NCBI RefSeq assembly: GCF_001186125.1
Contig: NW_014040285.1
Coordinates: 14,032-52,260, forward strand
Length of the DNA: 38,229 nucleotides
Source: Sphaeroforma arctica JP610
Taxonomy: Eukaryota
Direction of reading: 5' to 3'
Of this stretch, positions 23,165 to 32,934 are shown piece by piece. Both the position numbers and the translations under genes were made by a program. Below the pieces are notes generated by a model that had not been told where the DNA came from, made no database searches, and saw only the letters and a list, made by a program, of their open reading frames with translations. The stretch's first letter is position 1. Every line of letters starts with the position of its first letter.

Positions 23165-23934
23165 AATGCGCTCGGTTGTAAATTTGAGCATCTCGATGTC
23201 TACTGATTCCGTCAAAGGGTTCAGGAGGATGTCAAGACTGCTGCCAATGATCTCAAGTCCCAAGCCTGTACCGCATCGGGCCTCGCGCTTGGTTCGAATA
23301 TAATGTACAATCCGCTTTGGCTGAATCTGGGTGCTTATTGGATTGTGGATCAATATTGTCGTCAAGGCGCCACTTCCAAGAATCATTCGCAATTCGTTTC
23401 AAACCGGCTTCGACCTCAGAAGGACTACAGATTTGGATGATGCTGGTTGCTCGGCCTCGACGGTTGCGTTCGGGAATTGGGTTCGATGGCAGGTACCAGA
23501 GAAGATGGTGACGATCCAAGTTTGGGTGGGAGCGCCACACTTCTTCGAAGGTATAGCGTGAGGGAGGCTTGCCATTTGGAAATACTGATTTGATGAAGAG
23601 CCAGACAGGAGTTGTATCTGTCAATTCGTCTAGAGGGGTTTCCGGCAGCTGGCGACCCGTCATTTGTGACAGAAGTGCTTCAGAAGCTGCTGGGCGGGCT
23701 GTTACTTTTGGTATTGGAGGGGGATCGGAGTTTCGGATTTTTCTTCTTCCTTTTTTTTCGGACATAGACTTTTAGTACAGAGGGGGTCTGGTAATTTTTG
23801 ATTTCCGTCTTCAATTCTACGCTGGTGACATCGTGGTAACTGAAAAGACGTTTCTGATTCCAAAATTTTGTCAAATGGTCCATGGTGAAAAATAAATAGT
23901 GTGTGTAAGTGTGTAATAAAATAAAGAAATAATT

Positions 23935-24021
23935 TCGTAGATGGGAGAATCGAACTCCCATTTTTGCTGAATCATTTTACAATTTCCACAAAGCAATGTT
24001 CTGCCATTGAACTAATCCACT
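23935..24021 (-). tRNA. tRNA-His (GTG) with 16-nt canonical intron (23970-23985); A1:G72 mismatch
   Basis: AGTGGAT-TA-GTTC AATGGCA GAAC-A-TTGCT TT GTG G[aaattgtaaaatgatt]C AGCAA-AAAT-GGGAG TTCGATT CTCCC-ATCTACG-A. The mature body is identical to the 19643-19729 copy except at position 2. Confidence 0.88.
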
Positions 24022-24889
24022 ACATATTGTTTTTTTTGGAAATTAAACATTATAATAATGTAAAATGATAGAATTTTACAACTCAATTTTCTCTGTAGCC
24101 TGTAAATAAACGGATCACATAGTCACGCGATTGAACATAGTAGTTGATATAAGGTAGAACTCAACTGTATATAACTTACACTTCAAAATCGGATGGGCAC
24201 GATCACATCGAAAATTTGCTCATCTGAGCTACATTTAGAGAATAATTTCTAAATGACAGATAACGGCAAGAAAAACTAGCTCGAGTGTTACATTCTGGTC
24301 GAGATTTTCATTGATATAGACAAAGTTTTGAAAACTGGGATGCGAGAGTGTACATGAGCTCCCCCTACAAAATCATTCGAACGCCAGTCCTATCAGCCAT
24401 CTTTTTGTTTCTATACTTCTTCTAGAAAGGCCCGGCATAAAAGGTCACGGTTACTTTGCCGATTGATCTTGTATTTCTATTTTTATTCTTATTTTTAGCT
24501 CGGCTACATTTCTCCTTTTGTTTGTTATTTATTATATTTAAAGTTCTCACACAATAGTAAACAAACTTCCAATACATAGTTTTGAGGTCTCTTACATGGG
24601 CCTTTCTTTGAGTCATGGGCCTTTCTTTGAGTTTTTACAGGATATAAATGAGATAATTCCAAAATATACCCGATGGAATATATAGTACTCGGAAGGACGT
24701 GGCAAGTATATATGGAACATATTTTGAAACACGAACGGACTCAGTCAAATTGTGAAATAGCCTGAATGTGCTTACACTTGTCTTAAACACTGAATAATAT
24801 AAGTAAAATACGACGAAAGGCGAGGAAGCTAGCTCGAGTACCACATTCAGATCGAGACCTAGATCAGATACTTCAGGCAGGAGCGCGGG

Positions 24890-24955
24890 TGAGATCATGA
24901 GCTCCTATTTTTGCTGATTCGTTTTACCAATTTCACAATGCAAAGTTCGGCCATA
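24890..24955 (-). pseudogene. Degenerate tRNA-His fragment with intron retained
   Basis: ctcctatttttgctgattcgttttaccaatttcacaatgcaaagttcggccat aligns to the T-arm, anticodon, intron and D-arm of the intact copies; the acceptor stem is lost. Confidence 0.75.
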
Positions 24956-25319
24956 CCAATTTACTTAGTGTTTTCCAATTTCAAGCATATGTCATATAGC
25001 TATAAAACCAATAAAACTATATCGCCTTTTACCCAATAGTAGTCAACATACATGCGTACTTCCTATAACGGGGTTGATTCTCTGCAACTCTACAGACTGC
25101 CAATTGAAAGCAGAGTTGGAAAAGCCCCTAAATTTACGGTTATAGTCCGACCCGCTGTTTTCCATCACACGATACCTCTCAAGGAAGTATAAAATATGAC
25201 GGCAAGAAAGATACCAAAACAATATCAAAAGCGAATAAAGGCACCGATTTTAAAGTTGGACTATAATATTATAAACTAGCCTACACGACCTAGATCAAAT
25301 ACTTCATGCAGGAAGGCGG

Positions 25320-25386
25320 GTGAGATCATAAACTCCCATTTTTTGCTGATTCGTTTTACCAATTTCACAATGCAAAGTTCGGCCAT
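25320..25386 (-). pseudogene. Degenerate tRNA-His fragment with intron retained
   Basis: aactcccattttttgctgattcgttttaccaatttcacaatgcaaagttcggccat, in the second unit of the 431-bp duplication. Confidence 0.75.
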
Positions 25387-25729
25387 ACCAATTTACATGG
25401 TGTTTTCCAATTTCAAGCGTATGTCATATAACTATAAAACCAATAAAACTATATCGCCTTCTACCCAATAGTAGTCAACATATATGCGTACTTTCTATAA
25501 CGGGGTTGATTCTCTGCAACTCTACAGACTGCCAATTGAAAGCAGTGTTGGAAAAGCCCCTAAATTTACGGTTATAGTCCGACCCGCTGTTTTCCATCAC
25601 ACGATACCTCTCAAGGAAGTATAAAATACGACGGCAAGAAAGATACCAAAACAGTATCGAAAGCGAATAAAGGCACCGATTTTAAAGTTGGACTGCATAA
25701 TTTTATAAACTAGCCTATACATAGGCTTC

Positions 25730-26300
25730 CCAATGACCGAATAGGTTTAGCGATAGTGTCAGTCCACAGTTTTGAACAGGATAGGGCACGACTAGCCCAG
25801 AGCCGGCTTCTAGAGACTTGTCCAACACTGCTGCCATCTGGCTGTCTAAAGATTGGCAGAGTATCAGGTCTGGTCTAACGAAGTATGCATTCAATCCGAG
25901 CACTGTTGAGTAAAAGCGATATAGGTCTCGAAAGTATATGTGTATAATCCTTCCTTACATGATGCAGTTCTGCTACAAAGAAGTGCGCAATTCGTTGATA
26001 TGACATTTTGTAGACATCTACAACTCCTCCAATTATTTCTCGTTTACGTGCGAGAAGTTATGATGGAAATTTGTGTTTGACGCGTGGCATTGTTAGCCAA
26101 TATATTGCTGATGATCGGACTATTGTCATATTTTGACGCGACCTCAGGGGTGATTTTGATTATTTCAAGATTTTCATCTGCGTCTATGCAGCCTGGTTAT
26201 CGTGCTCGAGACTACCCATCGTCGACAAACAAGCAACATCCATATTAAGCTGCGTAGACAAATATGAGCCTTGGCCTCGTTTTTCGTTACGCGATCGAGT
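25730..26300 (-). pseudogene. Possible degraded RT remnant
   Basis: SPIISNILAN (~26120-26092) and AYFVRPDLILCQS...LDKSLEAGSGLVV resemble RT domains 4-6; weak. Confidence 0.28.
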
Positions 26301-26489
26301 TGATATCGTCGGATATGAACCAAGGTCTCGGGGCCAAATGGCTTGCCCGAATGTATACATACCGAACACCTGTCAATGTCGAATATGATTTATCATAACC
26401 ATGATCGTCCATCTATATATTTTTCTTTCTTCGGCAATGTACGATGGCGGTCTGACAGTCGACTGTGGTAGCCATCGTTTCATAAGTTG

Positions 26490-29470
26490 CTTATGTGTTA
26501 CTGGCTTCGGGAGAACCAGTAATAAATTTTATGGTATCTTATTGATGTCAACAGTGTGCGATAGTCAATTTTAAGCTATAATTTGTGTTTCTGGCTCCTG
26601 GTAAACCAGTGATAAAATAGTAGGCGCGATAATCAATTGTATGCTATAATATGTGTATCTGGCTCGCCAGTGATAAGCTTTACAGTCTTAATGATTCAAC
26701 AATGAGGTACGCGAACATTTGTCTCTTAAGGCACTTCCCGAATAGGCTGAAACACTGTAGGCTCACAGAAACTATTGTCCAGACCTGCAAGATTGACTTC
26801 ATATCAGTTGAAAGTCTGTGTCAAACTCCTATCACCACTATTACAGCCAGCTTATTTAATTACTTGCACATAATTGACAGTAGCGATAGTCAATTCGGAG
26901 CTATACTATGTTTCTCTGGCTCCGAGGAAACCAGTGATAAACTCTGTGGTCTCTTATCGATGTCAACAGTGTGGGGTGTATAATTTATTACGCTAACATC
27001 TTTCTCTTAAGGCGGCTCAAACGCTGCAAGTGCATGGAAATCATTTTCCAGACCTGCAAGGTCGACTTCATAACAGCTGAGGGTCTATGCTAAAATGCTA
27101 TCACTACTAGTACACACAGTTTGTTCATATATTTTTCTATAACTGATAGTAGTTTGATTGTCAATTCTAAGCTATAATATATGTTTATGGCTTGCGGAAA
27201 CCAGTGATAAAATATTAGCGCGATAGTCAATTCTAAACTACAATGAGTTTCTGGCTCCTAGACGACCAGCGACAAACTCTATGGTCTCTCGTTGCTGTCC
27301 ACAGTGTGGTAAAGTGTAAAATTTACGACGCGAACAGTTGTCTGTGAAAGTATTTCCCGCGAAGGCTCAAACGCTGCAGGTGTATGCGAGTTGTTGTCAG
27401 ATATGAAAATCAGTGATAAAATAGTAGCGAGAGCTGTCCGAATAAACTAGTAATAAACTCTGTGGACATTTTTTGATTTCAACAGTATGGTAAAGAGTAA
27501 AATTCATTAAGCAAATATCTGTCTTCAAAGGCACTTCCCGAAAAGGCTCGAACAGTGCAGATGCATGGAAACTATTGTCCAGACCTGCAAGATTGACTTC
27601 ATTGCATTCGAGTGTCTATGCTGAACCGCTATCACTACTATTACGCACAGTTTGTTTAACTACCTGCACAAAATTGATGGCAGCGTAACGGGTCAATTTA
27701 AGCTCAAATATGTGTTTCTGGCTCCGGTAAAACCAGTGATGAAATAGCAGCGCAATAGTTAATTATAGGCTATAATGTGTTTGTGGCTCCGGGGAAACCA
27801 GTGATAGACTCTGTGATATTTTATCGATGTCAGCAGTGTGGTAAAGTGTATAGTTTACTACGCTAGCATCTTTCTCTTAAGACACTTCCAGAGAAGGCTC
27901 AAACGCTGCAGGTGCATGGAAATCATTTTCCAGACTTGCAAGGTTGACTTCATAACAGCTATGCTAAAGTTCTATCGCTACCAGCACACACAATTCGTTC
28001 ATATACTTTCCTATAACCGATAGTAGTGTGATTGTCAATTCTAAGCTATAATATGTGTTTTTGGCTTGGGGGAACCAATGATGAAAAAGCTGCTATCACT
28101 ACTATATCACAGTTTGTTCATTTACTTTCACATGATTGATAGTAGCGCGAAAGTCGATACTAAGCTATCACATGTATTTCACTACTAGTACACATAGTTT
28201 GTTTATCAACTTTCACATAATTGATAGTGGCGCGATACGCGATTTTAAGCTATAACATGTCTTTCTGGTTCCGGGGAAACCAGTGATAACTAAATAGTGG
28301 CGCGATTGTCAGTTCTAAGCTATATTATGTGTTTCCGGCTCGGGGGAGACCAGTGATAAACTCCATGATTATCGAAGTCAACAGTGTGGTATAGTGTAAA
28401 ATTTACCATGCGAATATCCGTCTCTTAAAAGGCACTTTCAGTAAAGGCTCAAACTGGCAGTGCGATAGTCAGTTTGAACTATAACATGTGTTTCTGGCTC
28501 CGGAGAAACCAGTGATTAGACAGTAGCGCAATACTCAATATTAAGCTATAATATGTTTCTGGTTCCAGAGAAACCAGTGATAAAATAGTAGCGTGATAGT
28601 CAATTCTAAGCTAGAATATGTGTTTCAGGTTCCGGTCTCCATGATCTCTTATCGTAGTCAAAAGTGTGATAAAAGGCAAAATATTTACTGTGCGAATATC
28701 TGTCTTTTAAAAGGCACTTCCAGAAAAGGTTCAAACTGGCAGCGCGATAGTCAATTTTGAGCTATAATATGTGTTTTTTTGGCTCCGGGGAAACCAGTGA
28801 TAAAACAGTAGCGCGACAGTCAATACTAAGATATATTATGTGTTTATGGCTCCGAGGAAACCAGTGATAAACTCTATGGTCTCTTATCGTTGTCAATAGT
28901 GTGATAAAGTGTAAAATTTACTACGCGTACACCTGTCTCTTAAAAGGCACTTCCAGAAAAGGCTCAAACGCTGCAGGTGCATGGAAATTATTGTCCAGAC
29001 CTGCAAGAGTGACCTCAAAACAGTTGAGATTCTATGCTATAAAACTGCTTTCACTACTATCACACACAGTTTGTTCAACTATTTGCACAAAATTGATGGC
29101 AGCGCGATAGTCAATTTTAAGCTATAATATATGTTTCTGGAGGAAATCAGTGATAAAAGGGTATCACGATAGTCTATTCTTAGCTATAATATGTGTTTCA
29201 GGCTCCGAGGAAACCAGTAATAAACTCCATGATCTCTTATCGATGTCAACAGTGTGGTGTTATGTATATTTTATTACGCGAACATCTGTCTCTATTGTCA
29301 CCGCAAAGGCTCAAACGCAGCCAGTGCATGGAAACTATTGTCCAGACCTACAAGATTGACTTCATAGCAGTTGAGAGTCTCTGGTAAATTGTATCACTAC
29401 TACTGTACACAGTTTACGCATATACTTGCAAATAATTGGTAGTAGTGCGATAGTGAATCCTAAGCTATAG
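26490..29470. repeat. ~3-kb modular (higher-order) satellite built from a ~66-bp A module and a ~230-bp B module
   Basis: A = gatagtcaattttaagctataatatgtgtttctggctccggggaaaccagtgataaaatagtagcgc (roughly 18-19 copies). B = ctctatggtctcttatcgatgtcaacagtgtgg...ggctcaaacgctgcaggtgcatggaaa...cacacagtttgttca... (about 6 long copies plus several truncated). Confidence 0.95.
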
Positions 29471-30030
29471 AATCCCACTTCAATGTTTATCCCGAATTCA
29501 TATACAGGCCTCAATAACCGATATATATATCTTTGTCAAAGCTTTCCTTGTTGATACAATCATGTACTCAATATTATGTCTATTTCTCCTCATAATTTTC
29601 TTAAGAATGGTGCCTTTAGTGAAGTAAGGTCAAGTCAATAGAGAGTTAAACTCAATTCACCGGTTCATTTATTTTTGTGCTGTTCACATCAAACTGTACA
29701 CTGTTTAATATAACAGTCCTTCAATATGTATGTAGAATGTTGGCTCCCCTGTTCAGACAAACAAATCGTATCCCTTTTTTTACATCCACACTGCTCCACA
29801 CTCGTCGATAGGAGTAATTCAATTGGATTCCCACCGCACCAGGAACATCAGCTTTCGAACCCTCCATATTTGTTTCCAATACATAATTGTAATGCGGATT
29901 TCCGTCTATGCCCAAGGTGGTGATTGGTCATGGCGTCGTGGAAAAATTGAATATCGTGTGCGGACGAGGTATCTGCACCGTTTGTCTAACATGTTAGTCT
30001 GACGAATACAATATGCGTGGAGTGTGGGCT

Positions 30031-30360
30031 GGCGGGGCCGAGATGATCGTACACTTCAAGAGTCACCTGCGCATCCTGCTCAGGATATTCAAACAATAAA
30101 CGAACGCAGAAGACCTCTAGTATTCAGATGAGCATGCTACGATTATATAATACACCCTCGCCAGCGGCTTTTTACATTGTCATCGATTGTACGACCAAGA
30201 TGGTGGTTGGTTATCATGTTAGCATAGAGAATCCAATTTGCGTGCAACATGCGGTGGCGGGCCCGAGGTGACCATACACTTCAAGAGTCATCAAACTACG
30301 CTGCTTAGGATATGCGAACAAATATAGGAACGATCAGCTGTTCAGTTAGGCATACTACGA
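30031..30360. repeat. Old diverged ~110-bp direct repeat (30031-30142, 30256-30360)
   Basis: ggcggg.ccgag.tga...tacacttcaagagtca....ctgct.aggatat...ttcag.t...cat.ctacga occurs twice. Confidence 0.75.
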
Positions 30361-32884
30361 GGATTTTGCATCATCTGTGTTCGCTCGAGGTAATGTTTGT
30401 GTCCTAAATTTCCATTCTTTACCAACATCCTGGTCAATTCCAGCCACTATGTAGCTCAAAAATAATTTGGTGAGTGCTGAAATCTGCATAGGATGTATGG
30501 ACAGTAAATCGCCACGCATAATATCACTTTGTAAGTGTGTATGTTATGAGCCCACTTTATTTTTCCTGTATAGCTACGATCAGCTCCTAATTCTACAAGG
30601 TTCACCATCAGCAGTGGATTAAAGGTAGTATTTGACACACAGTTTTATCGTTCCTAGTAACTAAACTTATAGAATCACTTGAAGTATTTCTGCTAGAAGT
30701 CTATAATTTGTGAGAGAACAGACCAGTCAGCACATAGTTGCTTCTCGTGCAAGTACGCGATGGTATTTACCACGTATGTGGGCATGTTATCGTTCACTAC
30801 AGTTTATCAAGTATCGACACACAGTACATCTTCGGTATTAAGTTCCTATATTCTTGTACACAACCACCTACCGATATACAGTGGGAGTTACAAAGTAAGA
30901 CTCGATGTTGTGCGTACCTTCTTAGCGTGCTTCTCTCTCGACATAATATATTTACACCCATCCACGTTCTGGTGAGTACTGTAGCTATTACATATCTGCA
31001 CTGAAGTACCACACATGTACAATATGAGCGTTTATTATAACTCAATTGTCATACAAGTAGCTCCTTCACATCGTGGACAACACTCAGTATTTCGCAGAAA
31101 GTGGTGCGCTGCGAATGACTGTGTGAAACTGAAAACACTGAGCTATAGGCCATAGCTCCTGGAAGTACACATCTTTGCACCTAAATTGCACATCTATGAG
31201 CAAGGAGTTGCAAGTGTAAGTATACGACAAAAAAATATATACGACACAAATTTATATTAGCGATCAATAGTCCAGCTTCAATTCACCAGGCAATGTGTTG
31301 TTCGTCTATAGTAGTGAGGTGTTAAATGATGACCCTCCAAGTGAAAGTAAGATGGCTGCAATGCTACAGATAGCTATGAGCATATGTAGTGTACATACGG
31401 GATATATACAGAGATCTAGTGGGTATGCAACGCTGACGGCACGAGGTCAAATCAACACCTGCGGGCTATATGCTGGTGCCCGGATAAGGTCGTTACACTT
31501 CTATAGGAACATGTAGTTGACAATCTGCAGCAGTCGCACGTGCTCCACGGTTTCATCCTAGCAAATACATGTATCCGGCTGACGAGTATCACCAGGAACA
31601 AAAATCTAGTTCCCGTAGTGACTTGGCATTCGGCTTATTGATAATATGAAAAGCCGAGAGCACCTGAGGTGTCCTATTTAGACAAGCACCGCTCAACCAA
31701 ATGGTCAAATTTGCGGTATATTTACAAAGGTATGTTGTGCTGCGGACCATAGGCATTGGTAGAGGTCAGCACGGCTTCCAATCCTAATTGGCAACGACAA
31801 GTTCTCAAATAAGAATGCAACACAAGGCTTTGGTATTTGGTCGAGGATCTGACATTGCCGCCAGCTGCTGCACGTGTATACAACACACTACTGACAGATA
31901 TCAAAAACTAAATGACCTTTTATACGTAGGTTTTGGTTGCATTTGAATGCTTTGATATCGGAACGGAGCACTATGTAATTGAACCACGGGTCGAAAACTT
32001 CCTGACATAAATGGTGATCGCCGAGCACGTTTGTGACTGCCACAGAGAAGCACTGTGGCTGACGAAAAAAATGTCAGATTTGATAGCACAATGGATGGAA
32101 CAATTAAACGCATGAAACGGCACGGAACACCGTAATCGACTGAGCGGGGGTGGCGCGTGATGTGAGGGAATTCCTACGCAAGGACGATGGGGTTGGCACT
32201 ATCACTACAAGACACAATTCACTTTTCGATTTGGAGCAGCGGATCAAAATCCAGAAAACCAAAAATCGACAAAAAGCAGGTGCAAATCTTCTGCACCTAT
32301 ATCAGGGATTGACTAGGAACCGTGGTCAGAGCGAGGGGCGGGGCTATACATTTTCAAATCAAGCTATACAGCAATAATTGATGTAGTGGCATCATTGCTG
32401 CTCCGTTGCCATATGAAACGTCTTGTAATTGAATATGTAGCGTACGGTGCCCTTCCTCGTTTATCATTTTGCTAGCGGAGAGTACGGCGTCAATAATAGC
32501 ATACTCGCTCTAAAAAGCCACTACATCAAACTATCAATGTATTGATGTGTTGTCAAAACTATTGTCTAGACAAGAATACATATCATGGGACTCAAAATTG
32601 CTATGCCTCCTGTGTCTTCAACGGCAGTGAAATAGGCAAATCGTACACAATCACACTATATGCACTTCGACATAGGGGTGCTACGTCAATACACATGTCT
32701 GTGTTGCAAGAGTAAGTGCTTCAATTTTTTTTCTCGTATTTGATTCAGCACTGGATACACACCAATACCGACTGAGCTGATCTGTACAGTTATATTGTTG
32801 GCAAATAGTATTTTACACTTCGATTAAATTCCTAGTTGGAAATGCGAGTTTATATACTCGACACTGTATAGGATAGGAGTAGAC

Positions 32885-32934
32885 TTATAAGCCGCCGTAT
32901 CGCTGTACGTTCCTCGAAACGGGCTGTGTAGTAC
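32885..32934 (-). CDS. CLCN7: Probable terminal exon of the ClC-7-like gene
   Basis: cccag|GTACTACA...GGCTTATAA; phase 1 gives GTTQPVSRNVQRYGGL*. An alternative acceptor near 33082 is also possible. Confidence 0.55.

Larger units (their letters stand above)
19800..23883 (-). mobile_element. Near-full-length degenerate non-LTR retrotransposon (ORF1 plus APE-RT-CCHC ORF2) between two tRNA-His genes
   Basis: ORF1 runs from ATG 23883 to ~23150 (frameshifted). APE: LGYCNI and VRGDFN (22724-22713). RT: GSDDI, PKK..DFRPIT, QAGF, GILQGSNVGP*LY, with YADD decayed to FGYN. C-terminal CPVC...SSHFAC at ~20210-20165. 3' end approximate; no poly(A) or TSD seen. Confidence 0.9.
24856..25720. repeat. 431-bp tandem duplication (24856-25286, 25287-~25720)
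   Basis: Both units begin gacctagatca and end ataaactagccta, with high identity throughout. Confidence 0.95.

Noticed and set aside
26490..29470. CRISPR-like array
   Set aside because: The intervening sequences are themselves repeats rather than unique spacers, the units are degenerate, there are no cas genes, and the context is eukaryotic.
29500..32800. Short ORFs of 60-90 aa
   Set aside because: No recognisable motifs or consistent exon chain; treated as intergenic, 3' UTR or very old repeats.
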